Assembly: GCA_039714415.1 (NCBI GenBank)
Contig: JBDLJL010000006.1
Span: 1 to 57,984, forward strand
DNA from: Bacteroidota bacterium
GTDB lineage: Bacteria; Bacteroidota; Bacteroidia; Bacteroidales; NBLH01
Reading direction: 5' to 3'
Length of the DNA stretch: 57,984 nucleotides
A program made the position numbers and the translations under genes. Under the pieces are notes generated by a model that was not told where the DNA came from, did no database searches, and worked only from the letters and a program-made list of their open reading frames with translations. Shown here in pieces: positions 1-9,789 of this stretch (its first letter is position 1; each line of letters begins with the position of its first letter).

Positions 1-150
1 AAGGAAATTTATTTTCTGTTACTTGATAACCAATCGGTATAATTATGAGTAAAATCTGCGGTAATCTGGATAATCTGCGGATAAAATTAATAAAACCCAA
101 ATATATTATATCATAGCCACAAGTTTTTAAGAGGTAACATATTTATCATT

Positions 151-277
151 TAGTCTTTGATAAGAAAACGTAAAAGACAAGGCTTTCGAAGTCCTGAAAA
201 CTAAGGAATTTACTTTTGTAAATGACTGTTTTCAAGACAAGAATAACGCAGTATTTGGCGTTTTTTTGCAAAGACTA
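151..277 (+). repeat. Structured dispersed element, copy A (terminal inverted repeats with nested stems)
   Basis: TAGTCTTTGATAAGAAAACG (151-170) is inverted against CGTTTTTTTGCAAAGACTA (259-277). The core CAAGGCTTTC...GAATTTAC-TTTT-GTAAATGA...GAATAACGCAG is shared with copies B and C read on their minus strand. Confidence 0.8.
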
Positions 278-1369
278 TTTAGCTATTTTTAGCCAGTATC
301 TTTCATCAAGAATTAAATCTTCATCTCCAGCTTTAAGGGAAATGGAATATTTAGCTGATGCAAAATTTTTGTTTGGGATAATAATTTTTAGTTGTTCTGA
401 ATTAACCAGCTTAATAGCGCTATAAATTTCAACATTAAGGGAGTTGTATAGTTTTAATTCAACCTTTTTTATTTCGGTCCCAAATAAGTCCTTTGCAATC
501 TTGAACTCCACATAAATATTTGGTTTTTTACGAATAAAATATTTTACAAATTTCTCAGAAATACCTTGTGATGTCAAATAAATTTTGGCTTCTTCAATAG
601 AATTACCTCTTTCATAAATATAATAACAATCAACATTAACTTTCCTGATAATTTCACCTAAATCCTGAATTTGTTCATTCTGTATTTTAATTGTTTTATT
701 ACTTTCTATCAGCTTTCTTTCAATTTCATCTTTTTCTTTCTTTAATAGTTTAATTTCACGGCCTGAAGTTGAACCTTCCAATTCAAGGTATTGAATTCGA
801 AGTTTTATCTGGCCAACTTCTTCACTTAAACCAATGTTTTTTGACTTTTCCTTTTCAAACCTTTCAACTGACTTTTTAAGATTATAGTAAAGTTTTCTAT
901 TATCTATGGTTAATTTTTTGTTATTTTCATTAATCTCAACAATCCTTTCTGCCAAAACTTCTTTTGACATCTCAAGTAATTCATTTAATTGTTTTGTTCT
1001 TGTATCTGTTGCTATTTTGGCTGAATCAGTAATATTTTCTTTAATTTTTCCTTTTTCTTCTTCAATACTAATTAGTATTTGGGTAAGATTCTCTTTTAAA
1101 ATAGCTAAATTAATATTATCATCAGCAACAACACTTTCGATATCATCAATGGTAGTGTTATATGCTAATTCAAGTTTCTCATACTTTTTACGGATCTTAT
1201 CCTGTTCTGTTTCAACTACAACAGTTTCCTGCACATTTTGTTCATTTTTTAGATTTCCCTCGTCAGTTCTGAAATACTTAACAATAAAAAATATTCCACC
1301 AGCAACAATAATTACCAAAAGAATAATAATTATTAACCACTCCAATTTTAATTTGAACTTTATATTCAT
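275..1369 (-). CDS. Membrane-anchored coiled-coil protein of unknown function with a C-terminal beta-rich domain
   Basis: 364 aa ORF; single N-terminal hydrophobic helix (WLIIIILLVIIVAGGIFFIV), long E/K/L heptad-rich region, beta-strand-like C-terminus. Confidence 0.75.
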   Translation of the reverse strand: MNIKFKLKLEWLIIIILLVIIVAGGIFFIVKYFRTDEGNLKNEQNVQETVVVETEQDKIRKKYEKLELAYNTTIDDIESVVADDNINLAILKENLTQILISIEEEKGKIKENITDSAKIATDTRTKQLNELLEMSKEVLAERIVEINENNKKLTIDNRKLYYNLKKSVERFEKEKSKNIGLSEEVGQIKLRIQYLELEGSTSGREIKLLKKEKDEIERKLIESNKTIKIQNEQIQDLGEIIRKVNVDCYYIYERGNSIEEAKIYLTSQGISEKFVKYFIRKKPNIYVEFKIAKDLFGTEIKKVELKLYNSLNVEIYSAIKLVNSEQLKIIIPNKNFASAKYSISLKAGDEDLILDERYWLKIAK

Positions 1370-1753
1370 GTGTTTATATTTATATTATTTAATTGGTAAC
1401 ATGGAACTTACCATGATAAAGTAATCATTACTTTTTTTGATTATAATGATAATTTTATCATGGATATTTCACGAGAATATATATTAAGTTAAACTATTGC
1501 TTTTCAATAAAACATTTGAACAAACATTGAAATGCTGTTTTCAAATACCACGGAACACTCATGTTTTTTTCTTTTCATTATGTAAGCATTTACTCGTGAG
1601 TGTTTCATGTTTAATTTTTTTTGCAAAATAAATATTAGGCAACCATTATCCCAGGTTTGCATACTCAACAAAAGTTATTTTTTATATGAAACAGAACAAA
1701 TATAAAATTATTTTTTATTAAATTTAAATTTTTGTTCTTAGTTCTGCTATTCA

Positions 1754-3274
1754 ATGTTTTTACATTCTGGTAAAAAAATAAGTTTATTTCTTATCATGAG
1801 CATCATACTCTTATATTGTTCTGAAAATCAGCAAAATAATATTGGAAAAACATTAGTGAGAAATATAACCCTTTCTGATTTAACTGATAAATATAAATTT
1901 GCTATTGATTATAACTGCCAAAACCACAACAAAATTTCATTTTTCAATAAATCAAAAACATGCATTAATGCAGGGGATATTTTTCAATTTAGAATAGATG
2001 TACCTTTGTACGTTAAGGACATAAAACTTTTAAACACCCACAGAGATAAAATAGCATCATTGTGTTTTTTCAAGATGTACATCAATGATAAGCTCATTGG
2101 AAAGTTTAAAGTGGATGAAAAGGTTTTAATTAACAAAAAAGTATCGTCAATTAGGGTGCTTTTTTTAAAAACTAATAACGAGTATATAGTTGAAGGATGG
2201 AAAACAAGTACTATCTTTAAGTTTATTAAACAACAAAACCATCAAAAACATCCATTCAGCCCTCAAATTGATATTTCCGTGTCAAATAAACAGAAATTAA
2301 GCTTAAAAGCATCCAGGCTTAGGCAACCTGGGGATGCAAAGGCTTTGCGTTTAAACCTAATATTTGCAGAAAAACATTTCAGCAATAACCAACTAACTAT
2401 AAGTGGATTACACTATAAAAAAAAGAAGCCGAAAACAATTCAATATAACATTAAGCTCAATAAAAATGGATCATTCAGGATTTACCAGTTAGTGAGCAAC
2501 AATGTCAGCAAAAAAATAATCCGGGAGTTTTTTATTAATGGTAACTGGCAGTGTACGGAAATAAGAAGCGATCATGCAAAATTGGAATTTGAAGGAAAAC
2601 TTACCGGCTATTTTCCTGATAAAGAAACACAATTGATACATGGTGAATATATTAAAGTAAAAAGCATACTTAATGGTAAAGTTTTACAATCAGACAATTT
2701 ATTAGATGAAATTTATTTTGATTTTCCAGATGACGCCTTAGTGAATGTAAAAAGTTTGATCCCCGATTTAAGAGTAAATATGGCTTATGCAGGGGGAAAT
2801 AATTTCACAGGTGAACGTTTATATCCCTGTAATAAGTGTTTTTTGCGTTATGAAGTAGCCAGGGCTTTAAACAAGGTTCAATTAATTTTAGACAAAAAAC
2901 AAATGAACCTGAAACTATTTGACTGTTACCGCCCATTTTCTGTTCAATCAATAATGTTTAAAAAATTTCCTGTTCCGGGCTATGTTGCAGATACTATTGG
3001 CGGTTCAGTTCATAATCGTGGTTCAGCGGTAGATCTTACTATTATTGATAAAAATGGTAAAGCTTTGGATATGGGAACCGAATTTGACGAATTAAGCATA
3101 AAATCCAATCACCGCTATCTTAATTTCCCTGATACGATTTTAAAAAACAGGATTTTTCTGAAAGAACTCATGCTTTCGTGTAATTTTTTGCCAATACGTA
3201 GTGAATGGTGGCACTATAACTATATTAATGCCAGGAAATTTCCTAAAATTAATGATGAATTCATTTGCAATTGA
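1754..3274 (+). CDS. Exported D-Ala-D-Ala dipeptidase (VanX/M15D domain) with a long N-terminal extension
   Basis: C-terminal ~190 aa carries DCYRP, SVHNRGSAVD (SxHxxGxAxD), DMGTEFD and EWWHY. The N-terminal hydrophobic segment ends in Cys. Confidence 0.85.
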   Translation: MFLHSGKKISLFLIMSIILLYCSENQQNNIGKTLVRNITLSDLTDKYKFAIDYNCQNHNKISFFNKSKTCINAGDIFQFRIDVPLYVKDIKLLNTHRDKIASLCFFKMYINDKLIGKFKVDEKVLINKKVSSIRVLFLKTNNEYIVEGWKTSTIFKFIKQQNHQKHPFSPQIDISVSNKQKLSLKASRLRQPGDAKALRLNLIFAEKHFSNNQLTISGLHYKKKKPKTIQYNIKLNKNGSFRIYQLVSNNVSKKIIREFFINGNWQCTEIRSDHAKLEFEGKLTGYFPDKETQLIHGEYIKVKSILNGKVLQSDNLLDEIYFDFPDDALVNVKSLIPDLRVNMAYAGGNNFTGERLYPCNKCFLRYEVARALNKVQLILDKKQMNLKLFDCYRPFSVQSIMFKKFPVPGYVADTIGGSVHNRGSAVDLTIIDKNGKALDMGTEFDELSIKSNHRYLNFPDTILKNRIFLKELMLSCNFLPIRSEWWHYNYINARKFPKINDEFICN

Positions 3275-3449
3275 TAAAAACGAACTCTTATCGCTTTTTA
3301 GCCTTAGGTAAGCTCTACAAATCCAGACCTCTGCATTACTCACCTTTTTTATGATTATTCATTGTTATTATTTGATGAAACAACAAAAGATTGTTGAATA
3401 AAATAACTATATTTAACTTTCATAAAAACTAAAAAATAATATACCCGAT

Positions 3450-4754
3450 ATGTTAGAAGAAAAATATAAGTTAGCCAATGATCTAATTGATTTTATTGAT
3501 GCCAGTCCTAGTTCTTTTCATGCAGTACGAAACATAAAAGCCGCTTTAATTAAAAATGGGTTTAAAGAACTCTTGGCAGGTGATAGTTGGGATTTAAGGC
3601 GTGGTGCAAAATATTTTATTTCCAAAAATGATTCTGCGGTTATTGCTTTTGTTACAGGTACCGGGAAAATTGAAAAAGCCGGATTTCGTGTAATTGCAGC
3701 ACATACGGACTCGCCGGGTTTAAAAATTAAACCCGCACCAGAAATATATGTTAAAGATAAATACCTGAAATTAAACACAGAAGTTTATGGAGGGGCAATT
3801 TTATCCACTTGGTTTGACCGTCCTTTATCTATTGCCGGAAGGGTAAGTTTAAAAAGTGATAATCCCCTAAAACCGATAGCAAGATATTTGAATATTAAAA
3901 AGCCGGTAGCAATAATTCCTAATGTTGCCATCCATTTAAACCGTGAAGTTAATAATGGTGAAAAAATTGAAAACCAAAAAATGCTATTGCCCATTTTGGC
4001 AATGATTAATAAACAATTTGAGAAAGATAACTTCTTACAAAATTTAATTGCTTCAGAACTAAAAATTGATGCAAATGATATTCTGGATTTTGATTTAAAC
4101 CTGGCAAATTATGGAAAGGGTATGTTAGTTGGTTTAAATAACGAATTTATTTCATCAGGCAAACTGGATGATTTATCAATGGTACACGCCGGCATTCAAG
4201 CATTAATCGACAGTAAACCAACAGAAGCCACACAAGTAATGGTGTGTTTTGACAATGAGGAAGTTGGTAGCTTATCGAAACAGGGCGCAGGTTCACCGTT
4301 TTTAAGAAGTGTATTACAACGGATTAGTTTCCGTTTCAGAAATGATATTGAATCGTTTTACCGTGCTGTTGCACATTCATTCTTAATTAGTGCTGATATG
4401 GCACATGCAATCCATCCGAATTACCAGGAAAAACACGACCCTGTAAATCAGCCGGTTATAAATGGCGGACCGGTAATTAAAATAAATGCGAATCAAAAAT
4501 ACACAACTGATAGTGATTCAAGTGCTGTCTACGAGATGCTTTGCCAAAATGCTAATGTTCCCGTTCAGAAATATGTAAATCATTCAGATATTAAAGGTGG
4601 GTCTACTTTAGGAAGCATATCATCGGGACAACTTGATTTCCGCTCAGTTGATATTGGTAACCCCATGCTGGCTATGCATTCCATTCGCGAATTAGGTGGT
4701 GTTGATGACCATTACTGGGTATTGAAATCATTTGAAGAGTTTTATCGGTATTAA
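3450..4754 (+). CDS. apeB: M18 family aspartyl aminopeptidase
   Basis: Motifs AHTDSP, LDDL, FDNEEVGS, SADMAHAIHPNY and MHSIRE. Confidence 0.92.
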   Translation: MLEEKYKLANDLIDFIDASPSSFHAVRNIKAALIKNGFKELLAGDSWDLRRGAKYFISKNDSAVIAFVTGTGKIEKAGFRVIAAHTDSPGLKIKPAPEIYVKDKYLKLNTEVYGGAILSTWFDRPLSIAGRVSLKSDNPLKPIARYLNIKKPVAIIPNVAIHLNREVNNGEKIENQKMLLPILAMINKQFEKDNFLQNLIASELKIDANDILDFDLNLANYGKGMLVGLNNEFISSGKLDDLSMVHAGIQALIDSKPTEATQVMVCFDNEEVGSLSKQGAGSPFLRSVLQRISFRFRNDIESFYRAVAHSFLISADMAHAIHPNYQEKHDPVNQPVINGGPVIKINANQKYTTDSDSSAVYEMLCQNANVPVQKYVNHSDIKGGSTLGSISSGQLDFRSVDIGNPMLAMHSIRELGGVDDHYWVLKSFEEFYRY

Positions 4755-4814
4755 GAGGGATAGAATCAAGGGAATTTATAAGCCATATAGTAAAGATAAG
4801 AAAATGTCAATAAC

Positions 4815-4943
4815 TTAAGGCAACCTCTAAATATCCTAACTTCTTCGTTACTCTGATTTTTTAAGACATTCATTTACAGAAGTAAAATCAAGCCTAAAAA
4901 AATCAGAAAGCCTCGAATTTTGAATTTTTAGAGACCACCTTAA
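4815..4943 (-). repeat. Structured dispersed element, copy B (MITE-like, TTAA at both ends)
   Basis: TTAAGGCAACCTCTAAATA is inverted against TTTTTAGAGACCACCTTAA. Closely similar to 29398-29524. Internal stems TGATTTTTTAAGAC/GCCTAAAAAAATCA and TTTAC-AGAA-GTAAA. Confidence 0.88.
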
Positions 4944-5116
4944 TTTTAAAAACTTGTTCGTAAGGCTTTCTTAATAACCACTAAAAAACATGATGTTTTC
5001 TCTTGAAAGAGCTATATAAACTTCCAATACAAAACTAATAGGGGAAATGGAATAACTTAGCTTAAAAATAAAACTTAGGTTATATCCTTCAATAAAAAAA
5101 TAAATTCTTATTTAAT

Positions 5117-7696
5117 ATGTTAAAACAAAGCAGTCTTAATGAAGTTGGTGAAAAAAGAATACTCTATCTGCTGGCAATTATTTCAATCGTTGGCTATTTA
5201 ATAGATATGCTTGCTGTTGCCCCCCCTCAATTAATTTTTATAATTAATATAATTGCCATTATTATAGTTTTTTTAACACTAATTCTTGAACATTATACCA
5301 TTTTCAGTAAAGTAAAATCCTTTGGTATTATTTCATATTTACTGATAATCAATATATTAACAAGTCACTATTTAGGCCTTAAAATTAATTCAGATGCTGA
5401 CATTTTGCGCTCATTGCTAATAATATGTGCACTTTTACCAATATCTGCCCTGGTAATTGGTAAAAAACATGCTATATATATTTTTACTATTTCAATTGCC
5501 TTTATTATTTCTTATAATCTCAATACAAACAATCATTATATTAGTAATAATATTTACATGTTTATTCTCATTATATTTGGCTATAGCATTGGTATATACT
5601 ACTTTATCAATCTGTTTGAGTTAAAAACAAAAAATGAACAATTCCTATCGTTGGAGCTTAAAAAAAATAACAATGACATCACTTTTTTAAACTCACTGGC
5701 TTTTGAAATGGTAGACTTTGCCTCTGAGAATGAAACTATTCCAAAAATACTAAAAAAAATAAAAAAACATACGGGAGCTAAATTTGCATCATTCAGTATA
5801 TATGATCCAAAACAACAAGCATTAATACTGCGCAGCATAGAAGCAGATGGAACTCTTTTAAAAGCTTATGTAAAACTTACCGGAAAGAAAATTCTTAACA
5901 CCGCTTCGCCTGTTACTAATAAAATGTATAATGAAATATTAGAGCAGGTGGTTGGCCTTAAAAATTCACTTACAGCAGTTACATTTGGCGCAATACCTGA
6001 AAACATTAGTAAATCATTTAGGAATTTAACAGGGATATCGCATTTTTATGGTATGGCACATATTATTTCGGGCAAACTGTATGGAACAACTATGTTGGCT
6101 TTTAAAGCAAAACAAAGCTTACCTAATAATGAACTTCTAAAATCTTATGCTCACCTTACAGCACTCTTATTGAGAAGAAACCTGATAGAAAAGCAATTAC
6201 AAGTAAGTGAAAATAAACTACGCAATATTACTGATAATATTTCAGATGTGATTATCAGAAGCAACATGGAATTAAAAACTACCTATATTAGCCCCTCTAT
6301 CAAAAAGCTAACTGGTGATACACCGGAATGCTTTTTAAAGAAAAGCCAGGAAGAAAGATACACAACCGAATCGATTAATAAAATCAATTCAATATTTTCA
6401 GAAGAGTTTGAAATAGAAAATGATCCCAAAGTCAATAAAAAGAGAACAAGAATTATTGAATTAGAGCTATTTAAAGCAGATGGCAAGAAAATTCATGTTT
6501 CAGCCCACACATCATTTATGCGTGATAGTGAAGGAAATGCAATTGGGGTTCTGAGTGTAATAAGAGATATTACAAAACGAAAACAGGCAGAACTAGCTCT
6601 TAATCAAAGTGAAGCTAAGTTTCGGTTATTGATTAATTCATTGGGTGAAGGAGTAATGATTTTAGATAAAAAGGGTGATATTGTTTTTTCTAATCCAGCA
6701 GCTGAGGGTTTAATGGAAACTGAATCTAAGCAGTTAGAAGGGAGCTCTATTTATGATTTTTTATCTAAACAAGATATTCAACTTGTAAATAAAGAAATTG
6801 AAAAACGAAATAGAGGACTATCAAACACCTATGAAGTCGAAATTATTTCCAAAAAGGGGAATATTAGAAATATCATAATTACTGCTACTCCTTATGTGAA
6901 TAATCAAATTTCTTTTCAGGGTTCACTGGTTATATTCAGAGATATTACTGAAATGAAAAAATCTGAAATTCAATTGAAAAAATATTCAAAAGAATTAAAA
7001 CAACTGAATTCGGATAAAGACCGGTTTATGCAGATCCTTGCCCATGATTTAAAAAGTCCATTTAACTCCATAATAGGTTTTTCAGACCTTCTATTAACTA
7101 ATCTTCACAAATACCCTGTTGACGAAATTGAAAAACAATTGACAGTTATAAATAGTATCTCACTCAAAACATTTGATCTATTAAACGATTTATTATTGTG
7201 GTCAACTTCACAATCTGGCAATTTACCTTTTAATCCTGAAAAACTTAATTTTATAGATATTTGCATAAATTCAATTGAAGAAAAAAAAGAACAGGCTTAT
7301 CAAAAAAATATTACAATAAAATGCCTTACAAACGATACAATTTATATTCAATCAGATAAAAATTTACTAAAAACGATATTGCGAAATTTAATATCTAATG
7401 CAATTAAATTCACCCATAAAAATGGACGAATTGATATCTCTGCTGTAAATAATGAAGATGCAACATTAGTAACTGTATCGGATAATGGAATTGGGATGAG
7501 CAGCGAAGACATATCAAAACTTTGGAATTTCGCTAAACCATATACAAATGAAGGTACTGCCAAAGAAAAAGGAACAGGTTTAGGTTTAGTTCTTTGCAAA
7601 GAATTTGTTGAGAAACATGGAGGAAAAATATGGGCTGAAAGCAAAGAAGGTAAAGGGTGTAGTTTTAAATTCACCCTACCATTAGGTAGCCTCTAA
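5117..7696 (+). CDS. Membrane sensor histidine kinase (TM region, GAF-like region, 2 PAS, HisKA, HATPase)
   Basis: N-terminal TM helices; two PAS/PAC ends (IRDITKRK, FRDITEMK); H-box LAHDLKSP; N-box NLISNAIKF; G boxes DNGIG and GTGLGL. Confidence 0.92.
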   Translation: MLKQSSLNEVGEKRILYLLAIISIVGYLIDMLAVAPPQLIFIINIIAIIIVFLTLILEHYTIFSKVKSFGIISYLLIINILTSHYLGLKINSDADILRSLLIICALLPISALVIGKKHAIYIFTISIAFIISYNLNTNNHYISNNIYMFILIIFGYSIGIYYFINLFELKTKNEQFLSLELKKNNNDITFLNSLAFEMVDFASENETIPKILKKIKKHTGAKFASFSIYDPKQQALILRSIEADGTLLKAYVKLTGKKILNTASPVTNKMYNEILEQVVGLKNSLTAVTFGAIPENISKSFRNLTGISHFYGMAHIISGKLYGTTMLAFKAKQSLPNNELLKSYAHLTALLLRRNLIEKQLQVSENKLRNITDNISDVIIRSNMELKTTYISPSIKKLTGDTPECFLKKSQEERYTTESINKINSIFSEEFEIENDPKVNKKRTRIIELELFKADGKKIHVSAHTSFMRDSEGNAIGVLSVIRDITKRKQAELALNQSEAKFRLLINSLGEGVMILDKKGDIVFSNPAAEGLMETESKQLEGSSIYDFLSKQDIQLVNKEIEKRNRGLSNTYEVEIISKKGNIRNIIITATPYVNNQISFQGSLVIFRDITEMKKSEIQLKKYSKELKQLNSDKDRFMQILAHDLKSPFNSIIGFSDLLLTNLHKYPVDEIEKQLTVINSISLKTFDLLNDLLLWSTSQSGNLPFNPEKLNFIDICINSIEEKKEQAYQKNITIKCLTNDTIYIQSDKNLLKTILRNLISNAIKFTHKNGRIDISAVNNEDATLVTVSDNGIGMSSEDISKLWNFAKPYTNEGTAKEKGTGLGLVLCKEFVEKHGGKIWAESKEGKGCSFKFTLPLGSL

Positions 7697-7709
7697 AAAT
7701 CCAAACTTC
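7683..7709 (-). repeat. Truncated end of the B/C-type element overlapping the kinase stop codon
   Basis: TAGGTAGCCTCTAAAAATCCAAACTTC matches the copy C end ATGGTAACCTCTAAAAATCCAAACTTC. Confidence 0.75.
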
Positions 7710-7712
7710 TAA

Positions 7713-8291
7713 TTAATAATAATACATTCTAATTAAGGCCTTTCCTCTTCGAACATCTAAATGCTCAATGGTAATTTTTTGAATATCCAGACCAGTAAAT
7801 TCTCGCAATTCCTCAATTAGTTTAGCATGTTTGTCAGGCCTGATATTTTCCAGGGAAGGATAATCAATTGTTTTCGATTTTTGATTACGTATTAATATAT
7901 TACCGTCTACAACAAATACAGCACCAATTATAAGTACATTAACAGCGATTATTTCAATGTACGATCCACTCATTATGGAATTAATAAGACCAATAGTCAT
8001 AGTTGTAAAAAGGTAGCTCATATCAGTGATAGAAATGGTCACTGTCCTAAAACGAAGTAGTGAAAAAGCAGCCAATAAAGCAAATGCTCCTCCATAGGTA
8101 CTTATACTACCTGTTTTGAAAAGAATGTATGATAACAAGAAAACAATAAAGTTGAGAACAAAGAAGGCAAAAAACCAGTCCCTCTTTTTATAGCTGTTAT
8201 AATAAACAATCCGAACCAAAAAAATCATGGAAACCACATTGATCAATAGCCTAAGAAAAAAATACCCTGTAAATATTAGTGAATCTTCCAT
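7713..8291 (-). CDS. DUF4956-type membrane protein
   Basis: Multi-TM protein with AFSLLRFRT (family pattern FSxxRxRT) and a soluble C-terminus ELREFTGLDI. ATG at 8291 is preferred over 8336. Confidence 0.75.
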   Translation of the reverse strand: MEDSLIFTGYFFLRLLINVVSMIFLVRIVYYNSYKKRDWFFAFFVLNFIVFLLSYILFKTGSISTYGGAFALLAAFSLLRFRTVTISITDMSYLFTTMTIGLINSIMSGSYIEIIAVNVLIIGAVFVVDGNILIRNQKSKTIDYPSLENIRPDKHAKLIEELREFTGLDIQKITIEHLDVRRGKALIRMYYY

Positions 8292-8358
8292 TGTTAAATA
8301 TAAATTAAAATTAGCGTTGCATTTTTCACGACCCACTTTCCGGGCTCAATCTGAGATA

Positions 8359-9366
8359 TTACCTTCCAGTCAAGGTTTTAGGTATCCGGCCCGATTTAAT
8401 AGTTTCAGAACGAAGACGGCGTCCTACTATTTTTTCAACCATTTTACCTGCTTCCAATAGTTTATCAATATTTATACCAGTATCAATACCCATTTCATCC
8501 ATCATTACAATCATATCTTCGGTTGAAACCAGCCCGGCAAGATTAGGATCAGCATAATAATATGAACCTGTACCGGTTACAGGAACACCGCTTACAAAAT
8601 TTGCCGGTTGCCCACCAATGCCTCCAAGCGAGGATTCAAAATGGGTCATCCCAGCTTGCAAAGAAGCCAGAATATTAGCCAAACCCCAACCCCGGGTAGT
8701 ATGGAAATGTACAATATGTTTAGAGGTGTCAGGTATGGCATCCAATATCATAGAATAATATTCAAATACCCTGTCCGGCGAAGCAGATCCATCATGGTCA
8801 GCATGTTCTACATCACTGGCACCAATATCTAACCAGCGTTTGGTAAATTCTACGGCCTTTTTCATTTCTGTGGGACCTTCAATAGGGCAACCCCAAATTG
8901 TACTCACTGTTCCATTTACTTTTATGCCGGCATCATTTGCCTTCTTTATATACTCTTTACTCATTTTCCAATAATCATCCAATGACAATCCGGAATTTTT
9001 CATGTGGTGGGATTCACTGGTCGAAACCATTAATAATATTCGATCCGGCCCCCACCCTTCTTTCTTTGCTTGAATAGCACGTTCAATAGCTCTTTCACGA
9101 ATAGTTACAGCAGTAATGGTAACATCATCAATTAAATCAACTATTTTTTTGCTGGAATGAAGACGTTTCATCACCTCATCGGCATCCTTAAACTGTGGCA
9201 TACCCCGTGGGTTACCGAAATTGGTTACCTCAATATTTTTAAATCCTGAAATGATTAATTGTTCTGCCAGCCAAACTTTAGCATCGGTAGGAATAAAAAT
9301 TTCTTCATGTTGAAACCCATCTCTAACAGTTATATCACCAATTGTAACTTTTTTTGGATAATTCAT
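8359..9366 (-). CDS. HMG-CoA lyase-like DRE-TIM metallolyase (HMG-CoA/citramalyl-CoA lyase family)
   Basis: DITVRDGFQ, STIWGCP, HFHTTRG (HxH metal site) and STEDMI. Confidence 0.85.
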   Translation of the reverse strand: MNYPKKVTIGDITVRDGFQHEEIFIPTDAKVWLAEQLIISGFKNIEVTNFGNPRGMPQFKDADEVMKRLHSSKKIVDLIDDVTITAVTIRERAIERAIQAKKEGWGPDRILLMVSTSESHHMKNSGLSLDDYWKMSKEYIKKANDAGIKVNGTVSTIWGCPIEGPTEMKKAVEFTKRWLDIGASDVEHADHDGSASPDRVFEYYSMILDAIPDTSKHIVHFHTTRGWGLANILASLQAGMTHFESSLGGIGGQPANFVSGVPVTGTGSYYYADPNLAGLVSTEDMIVMMDEMGIDTGINIDKLLEAGKMVEKIVGRRLRSETIKSGRIPKTLTGR

Positions 9367-9418
9367 CTGTTTATATTTTTATTTTCCAGTTTATACAAAT
9401 ATAATATTATATTTTTAA

Positions 9419-9589
9419 ATAATAGACGGGGAAGTAATTCTAGGCGGTTGGGACATTGCCAGGCACGGTGTTAAGAATTATTCTTCCATTGAATTTCTAT
9501 GGTATAATATGAAAAGCAGGCTTCAGGAAGAATTTCATGGTAGCATACCTTACTTGGTTGAAGTTTTAGAAGAAGCAATTATACAATAA
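9419..9589 (+). pseudogene. Possible gene remnant (no ATG at the 5' end)
   Basis: Stop-free frame IIDGEVILGGWDIARHGVKNYSSIEFLWYNMKSRLQEEFHGSIPYLVEVLEEAIIQ* with protein-like composition; in-frame TAA directly upstream. Confidence 0.3.
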
Positions 9590-9749
9590 ACAGTTTAAGA
9601 TGAGCATAAATTTCTATGCATCCTTAATTTTGCTATTAAAAGCAATCTGACAGCTACATTTTCAATTGCAGAAAACAAAAAAACTGATATTAACTTGAAT
9701 TGATCCCTGATACCTTTGAAGGATAATAAAAACCCTCACTTTTGTCCAT

Positions 9750-9778
9750 AAAAAAAGCCTTGTCTATTGACAAGGCTT
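9750..9778 (-). terminator. Rho-independent terminator of tRNA-Lys
   Basis: Minus strand AAGCCTTGTC-AATA-GACAAGGCTT followed by a T run, 11 bp past the tRNA 3' end. Confidence 0.85.
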
Positions 9779-9789
9779 GACATATAAAG

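Noticed and set aside
906-1424. 172 aa plus-strand ORF and the many other short ORFs antisense to or inside long genes
   Set aside because: They are shadows of well-supported CDS on the opposite strand or frame, with biased composition and no motifs.
1754-3274. Vancomycin resistance cluster
   Set aside because: No vanH, vanA/B or vanRS genes; a VanX-like domain alone does not indicate resistance.
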